Notes under the pieces: model-generated
The model's input: only the letters and a program-made list of their open reading frames with translations
Databases searched by the model: none
Told to the model about the DNA's origin: nothing
DNA from: a virus
Lineage: Duplodnaviria; Caudoviricetes
Length of the DNA: 64,000 nucleotides
Virus record (IMG/VR): IMGVR_UViG_3300020577_013187
Coordinates: 1-64,000 of that record
Reading direction: 5' to 3' (one strand)
Made by a program: the position numbers and the translations under genes
Shown here: one piece after another, positions 47,157 through 55,489 of the stretch
Layout: the number at the start of each line of letters is the position of its first letter
How positions within the stretch are numbered: the first letter of the stretch is position 1

Positions 47157-47591
47157 CTACCCCACATTTTTTAATTCTTGATCTAAATTAAAACCATCTG
47201 TCATCTTATCCTTTAATTTTTTAGCTTGATATTCTAAAAGAGCTTCTTGGCATTTGATAAAATCTTGTTCTGATTCAACTACATACTGCTTTTTTCTATC
47301 AATACCAACAAGTGAAAATTCAATACCATTATATTGATGATCAAGAGAAGACATTAACTCATAACGTTCTACTGATAAATTTATTGTAAGTTCTCCCTTA
47401 GCTAAGATAAAAAATATATTGTCTCTATAAAAATTATTTTCATAACTTATTTCCCATCCACGTTTTCTTAATTCATAGAGATTAGAATGAAAACCATTAA
47501 AATGAATAGAAGCATTAGGAGATCTAATTAAATGGTCTAAATTATAATTTTGAAATGATCGATAATGCTGAAAGTAATCAGGCAAGCTCAT
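47157..47591 (-). CDS. Hypothetical protein
   Basis: 144-aa ORF in packed operon. Confidence 0.65.
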   Translation of the reverse strand: MSLPDYFQHYRSFQNYNLDHLIRSPNASIHFNGFHSNLYELRKRGWEISYENNFYRDNIFFILAKGELTINLSVERYELMSSLDHQYNGIEFSLVGIDRKKQYVVESEQDFIKCQEALLEYQAKKLKDKMTDGFNLDQELKNVG

Positions 47592-47769
47592 TTTCTATCT
47601 CTTTTTTAAGAAGCTCATATTCATTTTTTAAATTAGCTAAAACTTTTTCAGCATTCTTAATCTGAATAATTTTTTCCTTAATCTTTGCTTTAGCCTTATC
47701 TGCGTTCTCTTTTCTAATTTCATTTTCTGCTTCTAAAAAAATAGTATTACCGATCTTAGCTACTGTCAT
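47578..47769 (-). CDS. Small coiled-coil protein
   Basis: 63 aa; AAGGA RBS. Confidence 0.6.
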   Translation of the reverse strand: MTVAKIGNTIFLEAENEIRKENADKAKAKIKEKIIQIKNAEKVLANLKNEYELLKKEIENELA

Positions 47770-47936
47770 ATTTTATCCTTTTTTGTTATTGTAATTTTCC
47801 AAGGGAGAAGCCGTCTCCAAAAAGATAGCTTTTTTTGTGAACGAATCTTTTCCTTGATTTTATTAATTTGCTCTCTTTTGTTTTCTTGTTCAATTTCTAT
47901 TTGAGCTTGCTCTATGATTCTGTGTAAAGTGCACAT
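47766..47936 (-). CDS. 56-aa coiled-coil protein (not in ORF track)
   Basis: MCTLHRIIEQAQIEIEQENKREQINKIKEKIRSQKKLSFWRRLLPWKITITKKDKI; ATGA overlap with next gene; fills a 140-bp gap. Confidence 0.55.
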   Translation of the reverse strand: MCTLHRIIEQAQIEIEQENKREQINKIKEKIRSQKKLSFWRRLLPWKITITKKDKI

Positions 47937-48652
47937 TTATTATTTATCCTATTGGTCAATAAACCAAATTGTTTTATACCCCATGCTATTGCATAACAAC
48001 ACCAAGTATAAGGGTAGGTATATTCATAAGTAGAACTTTCTTCAAAATAAGATCTTAAACTAAATCCACTACTATGCTCAAAATCAATAGCTGCCCGCCT
48101 TAAATCTTCATCAGGATGATCGCCATCTTCATATATGGCTATATCAATAAGATCTTTTAGCTTGTTGAAACAATCTTGAGACTCCTCTTTACTTTTAAAC
48201 TCATACTCTCCAAATATCTCAATAATCGTTTTTACAAAAAGATCAACTGAAAATTCATGCTCATTATAACCTTTGGCTACTAATTTTTGAGCCCAATAGC
48301 TTAGATTAACTCCTAAAGTATCTGAAGGTTTTTCTTGTGAATCTGTCTTAAAAAAGTCAAACATATCATGAAGACGCTTGAAAACATATGTATCCATATC
48401 TCCAGTAATACACAGGTGACCAGGCCAAGTAATAAGATCAAAATAATAATTTAAGGTACCTTCTTTTTTAAATCGAATATGACGATTAACATCATCAACT
48501 CGAATTATTTCCATTTTATGATCTTTAACGTCATTGAGAAAAGCAGATTCTACACATTTTTTTGACTTTAATGATTTAAAAAGTTCATCTGTAGCTATGA
48601 TCTCTTCTTCTACTTCCCCTTTTTCATTCCAATATTTAGTTTTATAATTCAT
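47912..48652 (-). CDS. Conserved phage hypothetical protein
   Basis: FLNDVKDHKMEI...DLITWPGHLCITGDM..YVFKRLHDMFDFF...YWAQKL. Confidence 0.75.
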   Translation of the reverse strand: MNYKTKYWNEKGEVEEEIIATDELFKSLKSKKCVESAFLNDVKDHKMEIIRVDDVNRHIRFKKEGTLNYYFDLITWPGHLCITGDMDTYVFKRLHDMFDFFKTDSQEKPSDTLGVNLSYWAQKLVAKGYNEHEFSVDLFVKTIIEIFGEYEFKSKEESQDCFNKLKDLIDIAIYEDGDHPDEDLRRAAIDFEHSSGFSLRSYFEESSTYEYTYPYTWCCYAIAWGIKQFGLLTNRINNKCALYTES

Positions 48653-48654
48653 TT

Positions 48655-48858
48655 TTATTTTCCTATTTTAAATATTTTATTCCACCATCTTATCTTTTTC
48701 TTTTCTAATTTCCATGTTTTTTGACAACTCCAACAAGGATAAAAAACATAAGTGTCTAAATGAAGAACAGCTTTTTTCTTTAAACAAATAGCGCATGGCA
48801 TATTATGCATTGCCCAAGGTCCACCATCAGAAACAATATTTACTTCTAACAATTTCAT
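48655..48858 (-). CDS. Small zinc-binding protein
   Basis: CAIC and CWSC pairs. Confidence 0.6.
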   Translation of the reverse strand: MKLLEVNIVSDGGPWAMHNMPCAICLKKKAVLHLDTYVFYPCWSCQKTWKLEKKKIRWWNKIFKIGK

Positions 48859-49133
48859 TCTATTCTATCCAATACGGTTTGAGTTCCCCTACCCCTACAT
48901 TTTTTGCATGGAATAGTGAAAAAAGGTTTCTCAAGAGCTCCCGATTCATACATTATTGCTATTTTCCATAGTTCCATTGAACTACCTCTAAAAACTACTT
49001 GTCCAGATTCTCCACAAGCTTTACATGGGATTTGCTTATAATGTCTTTTACGACACACATAAACCATAAAAATAATTTGAATACAAAGAATGGGAAGACC
49101 ACCTAAGAAAATAGCTAAGACGTGATTAAGCAT
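48855..49133 (-). CDS. Membrane-anchored DnaJ-type zinc-finger protein
   Basis: N-terminal TM; CKACGESG, CKKCRGRG. Confidence 0.6.
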   Translation of the reverse strand: MLNHVLAIFLGGLPILCIQIIFMVYVCRKRHYKQIPCKACGESGQVVFRGSSMELWKIAIMYESGALEKPFFTIPCKKCRGRGTQTVLDRIE

Positions 49134-49134
49134 T

Positions 49135-49377
49135 TTAAAACCTTACAGTATATCCTTTTAATGGTGCTCCGCACACTACACCTTCAACCATTTGACCTTT
49201 AATATTTTTAGCTTTAAACTTAGTAGAGTAAAAATCATCTTTACCACAAGATAAAGGAGCAAATCCACCTGTCTCAATATCACTATATCCTGAATTTTCT
49301 AAAGTTCTTCGAGACTCTAAAGGATTAGCGCAAGAACATAACCCAATAATAATTGTAATCAATAAAAATTTTTTCAT
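49135..49377 (-). CDS. Small lipoprotein
   Basis: Lipobox-like GLCSC; two further Cys (SCG...VVCG). Confidence 0.7.
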   Translation of the reverse strand: MKKFLLITIIIGLCSCANPLESRRTLENSGYSDIETGGFAPLSCGKDDFYSTKFKAKNIKGQMVEGVVCGAPLKGYTVRF

Positions 49378-49703
49378 TTATCCATCCTTTCTTCAAAAAA
49401 ATGCCAAACAAAATCACCCTGAAAAAGAGTATCTATAAATTTTAATTTCTCTATAGGCTGTAGAATGGTCATACCCGTTCCGTAGATTCTTAAAATTTTA
49501 TTCTCCATCTCAAATTCACTAGTATCTATGAGAACCCAAACTTGAGGAATTGTTTCATTATTCTGAAAACCTACTTTTAATATGGTAGAATTTTTAGGCA
49601 AAGAGATATTGACTAGATCAGATAAGAAAAAACTATATTTATAAATAGCTTTCATTTTGCTATTCCCAATCTCTTTTACAACCTTCAAAAGAAGGATAGC
49701 CAA
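49374..49703 (-). CDS. Hypothetical protein
   Basis: IYKY...LPKNSTILKVGFQ...YGTG...GDFVWHFFE; true start probably MKAIYKY. Confidence 0.65.
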   Translation of the reverse strand: MAILLLKVVKEIGNSKMKAIYKYSFFLSDLVNISLPKNSTILKVGFQNNETIPQVWVLIDTSEFEMENKILRIYGTGMTILQPIEKLKFIDTLFQGDFVWHFFEERMDK

Positions 49704-49851
49704 AATCTCTTACATGAGTGATAGTTTTTATTTCACCACAAACATCACACTTGCCTTCATGGCAAGTACAAATACGGTTTCCTTTACCATTAGCTACCTT
49801 ATTTCCACAATCAAAACAAACCCACTTAGGATAAGGTTTAAGATCGCTCAT
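49660..49851 (-). CDS. Small Cys-rich zinc-finger protein
   Basis: CFDCG, CTCH, CDVCG. Confidence 0.6.
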   Translation of the reverse strand: MSDLKPYPKWVCFDCGNKVANGKGNRICTCHEGKCDVCGEIKTITHVRDFGYPSFEGCKRDWE

Positions 49852-50230
49852 AACTTTCTCCTATAATCTTTTTGTCCCATTGAGAAAGATGATTCATCTG
49901 ACCCCTTTTTCTTAACCAAGCTTCGACTTCTAGAACAGCTCTTTCTAAATCAAAATAATAACGAGGCCAGCCGTCTTGATAGTCAACGAAAAGTTTTATT
50001 CCATCAGTAAAAACTTTAGCCAAATAATTGCCTCTATCACAATATTTTTGCCTCATTTCTATTGTAATTAAACAGTTTTTTCCATTAATAGAAAGGTATT
50101 CATTATGGTAATCTAAGGCTAATGACTTAAAATTATGGACACATTTATTCATTTTATCTTCATCATGCGATTCGATAACAACAGGTTGTTGGCCCTTTTC
50201 TAAAAATTTTAAAATACTTTTTATACTCAT
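49838..50230 (-). CDS. Hypothetical protein
   Basis: 130-aa ORF; RQKYCDRG...GWPRYYF. Confidence 0.7.
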   Translation of the reverse strand: MSIKSILKFLEKGQQPVVIESHDEDKMNKCVHNFKSLALDYHNEYLSINGKNCLITIEMRQKYCDRGNYLAKVFTDGIKLFVDYQDGWPRYYFDLERAVLEVEAWLRKRGQMNHLSQWDKKIIGESYERS

Positions 50231-50338
50231 ATACTTCCTTTATTATTATATTTTTAACTATTTTCTATTACTCACTTATATATTTGACTAACCCAACTAT
50301 TTAATTCATTATGTAATACCAACTAAAAACACTCCAAT

Positions 50339-50863
50339 TTACCTCATATTATTTTTAACTCTAGATAGAAAATCAGATAAAATGCTTACTTGATTTTTAC
50401 AATCATCTAGTGCTGTATGAGTGTTACTTTTGCCTGATTTACCATTTTTTAAATCTATCATCATTCGACACAATTCAGTTACACTTCTCATATCTCTACA
50501 ATCCCAATACTTATGAGGAAATTCTATCCTCAATCGATTAAAATTAGACTGTAAAATCATAAAATCAAAATAACCCTTACTCCAAACACACTTGGCCTGC
50601 TTAGCAAACTCAGTATATTTTAGGATAGCCTCTCTAGCTTCAATAGGATTATTCATTACATTAGATCGAGCCTGCTCTGCTTGTTTAAACCACCAAGCAA
50701 TAGTTGAATATGACACATGAGCTTCAGGATCTGGGATTAAACAAACCTCAAAAGTATTTCCTATTTGACCTGTAAAAAGTTCAAAATAACAAGCTCCTAT
50801 TTGAATGATAGCTGCATTGGGGTCTGTAGATAGTGTCTCTAAGTCAATCATTATATTATTCAT
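50339..50863 (-). CDS. DEDD 3'-5' exonuclease/exoribonuclease (Rv2179c-like)
   Basis: IMIDLETL, WSKGYFD, RDMRS, HTALDD. Confidence 0.9.
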   Translation of the reverse strand: MNNIMIDLETLSTDPNAAIIQIGACYFELFTGQIGNTFEVCLIPDPEAHVSYSTIAWWFKQAEQARSNVMNNPIEAREAILKYTEFAKQAKCVWSKGYFDFMILQSNFNRLRIEFPHKYWDCRDMRSVTELCRMMIDLKNGKSGKSNTHTALDDCKNQVSILSDFLSRVKNNMR

Positions 50864-50880
50864 TTTCTTATCCTATAAAG

Positions 50881-50936
50881 TATAATAGCCAGTATTTTTA
50901 CTGGCTATTATAGTCGAAAGAATATTTTATTGGCAA
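50881..50936 (-). promoter_or_regulatory. Promoter overlapped by a 14-bp-arm palindrome
   Basis: TTGCCA-18 nt-TATAAT; TATAATAGCCAGTA-TTTT-TACTGGCTATTATA covers the -10 and start site. Confidence 0.6.
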
Positions 50937-51065
50937 GTAAAAAAAACTAACACCACCAACGATTTATACACTTAGAAAAAATATCTAAGCCAAATAGAAT
51001 GCCAAAAAGCATTATGTTTCCCTTTCCTCTCCCCTATTTGTTTACTATAAAGTATTGCTAAATTA

Positions 51066-51341
51066 TTATTCTAACGAATAAACAAAATAATCACCCTTAA
51101 TCACTACAGGCTCTTTAATCCAACTAGTTTTATAGCCTAACCAATCATCATTCATTTTATCCATCAATTGGGCTAATTGATGATTATCAAATTCACTATT
51201 TTCATTGGAAAACATAATCAATCGATCGCAATTATTAAGCAATGCGGCATCTTCATCAGATATATCATCTAATGGAAGCAAAAACATTTCTGGCTCATAT
51301 TTTGAATCAGAAATAAAAATTAATAAAGCATGTTCTTTCAT
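51066..51341 (-). CDS. Hypothetical protein (paralogue family A)
   Basis: MKEHALLIF...EMFLLPLDDIS..D..LLNNC. Confidence 0.7.
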   Translation of the reverse strand: MKEHALLIFISDSKYEPEMFLLPLDDISDEDAALLNNCDRLIMFSNENSEFDNHQLAQLMDKMNDDWLGYKTSWIKEPVVIKGDYFVYSLE

Positions 51342-51342
51342 T

Positions 51343-51573
51343 TTATATTCTCCTATTTATTTCTTGATCAGACCATGACATTCTGATAGGTTTTTTATTT
51401 GTTTTAATAGTTTTCTCATCGATTTCAGTTAATCTTAAAAGACCTTTTTTCATTTTAGACAATGTATTAACATATAACTCACTAGCTTTAATATAATTAG
51501 TTATAGTAAAGAGTAGCTTCCAAGAATAATGGCCTTGAATAAAATAAGATTTTTCTATTTGGTAATATATCAT
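51343..51573 (-). CDS. Hypothetical protein
   Basis: 76-aa ORF in packed operon. Confidence 0.6.
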   Translation of the reverse strand: MIYYQIEKSYFIQGHYSWKLLFTITNYIKASELYVNTLSKMKKGLLRLTEIDEKTIKTNKKPIRMSWSDQEINRRI

Positions 51574-51576
51574 ATT

Positions 51577-51741
51577 TTAATCTTCAACTTCAATTGTAAT
51601 GTGAATAAGTGGTATAGATAAGCCTAGTGTAAAAGCTGATTCATGAATTTCTTGTTTGAATCTTTTAGCCTCTTCATAAGATTCAAACTTTTTATTACCA
51701 GATATACTATAATTTGATATCCATCTTACTATAAAATTCAT
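51577..51741 (-). CDS. 54-aa hypothetical protein (not in ORF track)
   Basis: MNFIVRWISNYSISGNKKFESYEEAKRFKQEIHES...; AGGAAG RBS; fills the gap. Confidence 0.55.
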   Translation of the reverse strand: MNFIVRWISNYSISGNKKFESYEEAKRFKQEIHESAFTLGLSIPLIHITIEVED

Positions 51742-51838
51742 AATGCTTCCTTTTTTCTATTAATAAATTTAGATTTAGTAAATAAAAGAAAAACAAAAAA
51801 GTAGAATAGAGAAAAAGATAAGAGTAACTAGAATTGTT

Positions 51839-52402
51839 TTAATTATTTTGAAGGTCATTATCACCCGCCCCTACAAGTCTTTTTCTTATTTTTTTTATCG
51901 TATTTTGACTTTTATCTTCTTTGTTAATTATCCATAAATGATTGTCAAATTGTTTTTGATAAGTATCAACAATTTTGGGGTCATCTAAAAAAACACAATT
52001 TTCTTCATTAAAAATTTGAGCTGCATCAGTCCAATTAAAAGATCCTGTCATTACTTCTTTTTGATCTGAAACTGCAAATTTATTATGTTGAATCTTATTT
52101 ACACTATGAATTTTTATATTTAATTTTGAGTCTATTAAGTCAATAGTCTCATCAGTATTATTATAAGCCTGCCCTCTATCAAGAAGAATTCTTACTGCCA
52201 CACCTCTAGATTGGGCTTGTTTTAATGATACTATAATATTAGTATTGTTCAACGAATACATTGCTATATCTAATTGCTTATTTGATTTATTAATTAAATC
52301 AATAGCACTCTTTTCACATTCACCATTGGGTGAAAAATAAACTTTAGTTTCAGCTAAAGCTGAAGAAGATATTAAAGATAATAAAAGCAGTTTTTTAATC
52401 AT
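51839..52402 (-). CDS. Secreted phospholipase D-family nuclease (single HKD, Nuc-like)
   Basis: Signal peptide MIKKLLLLSLISSSALA; VYFSP, HNKFAVSD...TGSFNWT...NEEN. Confidence 0.9.
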   Translation of the reverse strand: MIKKLLLLSLISSSALAETKVYFSPNGECEKSAIDLINKSNKQLDIAMYSLNNTNIIVSLKQAQSRGVAVRILLDRGQAYNNTDETIDLIDSKLNIKIHSVNKIQHNKFAVSDQKEVMTGSFNWTDAAQIFNEENCVFLDDPKIVDTYQKQFDNHLWIINKEDKSQNTIKKIRKRLVGAGDNDLQNN

Positions 52403-52406
52403 AAAA

Positions 52407-52727
52407 TTAGAAACCTTCAGCTATCTTAATTAATTCCCAAACATTAACATCAAGAGCTGAAGCAATTTTTCTTAAAATCAATATAGACGGATTAGCCTTA
52501 CCATCTAAAATTTTGTAAAAATAAGTTTTAGAAACTTCAGCTTCGTAAGCTAATTTTTCAAAGCTTTTATTATTTTCAGTTGCTAACTTCATTAAGAGCT
52601 TGCCTAAGTTAATAAAAAAATCTTTTTCTTTATCAAAATTAGCTCTTTCTTCAAGATATCCTTTTTTGAGTTCAGGATCTCTTTCAGCACGTAACCTTAA
52701 AATCTCAACTGCATTCTTGGTTTTCAT
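52407..52727 (-). CDS. XRE-family HTH protein (HigA-antitoxin-like)
   Basis: SFEKLAYEAEVSKTYFYKILDGKANPSILILRKIASAL; N-terminal AVEIL..R..RDPE. Confidence 0.8.
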   Translation of the reverse strand: MKTKNAVEILRLRAERDPELKKGYLEERANFDKEKDFFINLGKLLMKLATENNKSFEKLAYEAEVSKTYFYKILDGKANPSILILRKIASALDVNVWELIKIAEGF

Positions 52728-52870
52728 GCTCTAATCCTTCTGATAACATTTTTCTAAGATCTTCTAGAGATTTATTGATCTTTACTTGTGTTTCCTCAAG
52801 CTTAGCTAAATAATAAGTAGGTTCTTTCAAAGACTCTTCATCAACTAGTTCTTTCTTTTTTCTAGATATA

Positions 52871-53605
52871 TTATTTTACTATTTTAACCAACTTTGTTTT
52901 AACTAAAGTACCGCTCTCTTTGAATGAATCATCAGGCAATTCAATGGTATTACTATCTAAATCATTTAAAAGATGTCTAAAATTTACTGATTTAGAATTC
53001 TCTCTAAAAAATGGTCCTACACTCATCACACTCACTAGTGTACCGCCTGGCTTTAAAAAACTTAAAGCATGAACTACATGATCAATCTCTTGTTGTTTTG
53101 AAAATGGTGGATTCATAACAACTTTATCCACAGGAATGTCAACATTTATTTTTAAAAAATCACCCACAATTGGACAATAACCCTTATCTTTTAATTTTTT
53201 GGCATTATTTTCGTTCAATTCAATCACAACTTTTTTATTATCTAAGGGTAGTAGATCAAGAATAGCGCCCTGTCCAGCTGAAGGCTCAAGAATAGTATCA
53301 GTAGGCCTAATATCAGCTAGCTCTATCATTTGTTCTACAATCTTTTTAGGAGTAGGGAAAAATTGATAATCTTTGGCAATATTTATAAACTCCCCTATTG
53401 TAATCATATCATTAAATAAATCTTCAGGAGAGGATTCAAAGATATGAGCTTTAGTCTTTCTATTCCATTTGCCTCCAATTGACTCTAAGCATTCATTGAC
53501 TTTAATATAGAGCTTTCTATCAAGTGGCTTATTTGGTAAATAGACCTTATTATCTTCAATAATACACAAGTCTAATATTTGTAAAACATCAGCTGCAATC
53601 TTCAC
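52871..53605 (-). CDS. Orphan adenine DNA methyltransferase-like protein
   Basis: QFFPTP, ILEPSAGQG, VMNPPF. Confidence 0.88.
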   Translation of the reverse strand: MKIAADVLQILDLCIIEDNKVYLPNKPLDRKLYIKVNECLESIGGKWNRKTKAHIFESSPEDLFNDMITIGEFINIAKDYQFFPTPKKIVEQMIELADIRPTDTILEPSAGQGAILDLLPLDNKKVVIELNENNAKKLKDKGYCPIVGDFLKINVDIPVDKVVMNPPFSKQQEIDHVVHALSFLKPGGTLVSVMSVGPFFRENSKSVNFRHLLNDLDSNTIELPDDSFKESGTLVKTKLVKIVK

Positions 53606-53616
53606 TATCTCATCTC

Positions 53617-53883
53617 CTATATTACAAAAATATCTTCATGAATGTTAAAATTTTGTACTAAAGTATTATCTTGTACTGAAAAAATACTGTCTACAAAAGT
53701 AATAGGCAATTTTAAACCCAATATATAAAAAACAAAACAAGTAAATCCAATTTTATTCTCTTCAAATGAAAATTCATCAAGTATAGTTTCTCTATACTTT
53801 TGGAGCATAAAAATTCTTTTGGGAGTTTTATCGTAAGCTATATAATGTGCAACTATATTTTCTACTTTAGAATATAGGCTCAT
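53617..53883 (-). CDS. Hypothetical protein
   Basis: 88-aa ORF in packed operon. Confidence 0.6.
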   Translation of the reverse strand: MSLYSKVENIVAHYIAYDKTPKRIFMLQKYRETILDEFSFEENKIGFTCFVFYILGLKLPITFVDSIFSVQDNTLVQNFNIHEDIFVI

Positions 53884-54146
53884 TGTGTTGTCTCAGAAGG
53901 TCTATAAGGTAAAAATATCAATTTTTTCAATACTAAATCATCAAAATTAGGTAAACTATAAAACTCATCTTTTGATAGTTGAGAAATCCATCGATTATTA
54001 GGTTGATCACTTATCGAGCTTCTAGCAAGTTTCTCATTATAAGCAACTACTAGTTCATATTTATTATTGGGGAAAATAAAAAAATATGCCTTACATTCTT
54101 TAAGACTTTCAACATAAGGTCGTAATCTACTATTTTCTTTATTCAT
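53880..54146 (-). CDS. Hypothetical protein
   Basis: 88-aa ORF with ATGA overlap. Confidence 0.6.
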   Translation of the reverse strand: MNKENSRLRPYVESLKECKAYFFIFPNNKYELVVAYNEKLARSSISDQPNNRWISQLSKDEFYSLPNFDDLVLKKLIFLPYRPSETTQ

Positions 54147-54153
54147 ATTAAAA

Positions 54154-54187
54154 AGCTAGCAGACTTAAAAAACACAGTCTGCTAGCT
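54154..54187 (-). terminator. 12-bp hairpin, probable terminator
   Basis: AGCTAGCAGACT/AGTCTGCTAGCT. Confidence 0.7.
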
Positions 54188-54198
54188 CCATAGGAGTC

Positions 54199-54627
54199 TT
54201 ATTGAATAACTTTTGCATTAGGCAATGGTACATTTTTAATTATACCATTTTTAATAAGAAAAGCAACTAGAGTTTCAGCAATATACTCTTTCTTATTAGA
54301 AGGAATTTTTTTCTTATTGCATCCAAAACCAATCGCTAGATCATCTGCAATGGTCAAAAGATGATAAAACAAGCTGCAATATTTTTTATACTTACTTAAG
54401 TCTCTTGCAATACTAATTGATTGATAATTCCCATCAAATCCTTTTACTAGTAAAGAAAGATTAGATTCAAGAATTTGAAAATCTTTTTTACCTAAAAAAG
54501 AAAAGGTTTTATTAAAATCCTTATCAAGTTTATTTTTTTTAATTTTTGGCTGAGGAATAAGCTTAACTTTTAAAACCTTATAACTCATTGCAGTTTTCTT
54601 TTCAGCATCTTGCTTTTTCATATTCAT
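54199..54627 (-). CDS. Hypothetical basic protein
   Basis: 142-aa Lys-rich ORF; AAGGA RBS. Confidence 0.65.
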   Translation of the reverse strand: MNMKKQDAEKKTAMSYKVLKVKLIPQPKIKKNKLDKDFNKTFSFLGKKDFQILESNLSLLVKGFDGNYQSISIARDLSKYKKYCSLFYHLLTIADDLAIGFGCNKKKIPSNKKEYIAETLVAFLIKNGIIKNVPLPNAKVIQ

Positions 54628-54671
54628 CCTTTTTTTTATACAATAAGATATTTTATTGTATTTTTTTATTA

Positions 54672-54794
54672 TTACTCATCTCCATTATCTCGCTTTTCAA
54701 TGCCTAGAACTACAGCATTAAAAAATTTTGTATTCCCACAATTAATACAAATAATCATTGCTTTAGGATAAAGACTGCCGATTAAAGCATTATT
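54672..54794 (-). pseudogene. C-terminal remnant of a zinc-ribbon protein
   Basis: Frame reads LIGSLYPKAMIICINCGNTKFFNAVVLGI with only one CxxC; truncated upstream by a stop. Confidence 0.4.
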
Positions 54795-55083
54795 CCTTTA
54801 TGATCCAATCAATATGATTTTTTAACTCGTGATTAGCTTCGAGTTTAAAAATTCTTACATAAGATCCCTTACCAGAAAAATCTTTTATTCTATGAACCAT
54901 AATTTTATCTTTATAGATATAGATAGTAAGTTTGTGAGAACTAGAGGGGCCCTTAGCTGTAACAATCAATTCAGAGTTGTCGCTAGAGTCAAGCAAAGCA
55001 AAATTTATAAGATCAGTTTGATATCTTCCATTATTATCTTCAATCAGCTGATCAAACTTTGCTTTTAGTTTTTTATTAAACAT
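54790..55083 (-). CDS. Hypothetical protein
   Basis: Start trimmed to MFNKK. Confidence 0.6.
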   Translation of the reverse strand: MFNKKLKAKFDQLIEDNNGRYQTDLINFALLDSSDNSELIVTAKGPSSSHKLTIYIYKDKIMVHRIKDFSGKGSYVRIFKLEANHELKNHIDWIIKE

Positions 55084-55378
55084 AACCTGGCACGCCTCCA
55101 ATGACTACCCTATCACCTGATTGAGAAAAAAACCTATTGACTATCTGACCACGACAATCATCATAGATTTTTTTAGCTTTAATTCTATCCATTGGCTTAC
55201 TATGTGAAATAATAAACTTACTCTTACTAAAAAACTTTTTATTCCCCGTAATGACAAAATAGAATTCACTACGAGGAGACTTCTTAAGAACAATAAATCC
55301 ATCTTTAAAAATATCAAATGAAACTACATCTTTATCAACAAAATCAAAAATTAGTTCAATTGATGATTCTTCTTCCAT
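55076..55378 (-). CDS. Hypothetical protein
   Basis: AGGAGG RBS. Confidence 0.7.
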   Translation of the reverse strand: MEEESSIELIFDFVDKDVVSFDIFKDGFIVLKKSPRSEFYFVITGNKKFFSKSKFIISHSKPMDRIKAKKIYDDCRGQIVNRFFSQSGDRVVIGGVPGYV

Positions 55379-55441
55379 AAAACCTCCTATGTTTTATTTT
55401 AAAATAGTTATAAAAAATTTTAATAACGTTTTAAAATAGTG

Positions 55442-55469
55442 TTGACTATTTTTTAGAATACAGTATAGT
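55442..55469 (+). promoter_or_regulatory. Plus-strand promoter facing the 3' end of the RNA ligase gene
   Basis: TTGACT-16 nt-TATAGT; ~50-bp context resembles the minus-strand promoter at 62651-62678. Confidence 0.65.
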
Positions 55470-55489
55470 TAATCTATAAGCTGAGGGGT

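Noticed and set aside
52728-52870. Possible small gene between the methyltransferase and the XRE gene
   Set aside because: The longest open frame starts right after a stop with no usable start codon; treated as a remnant only.
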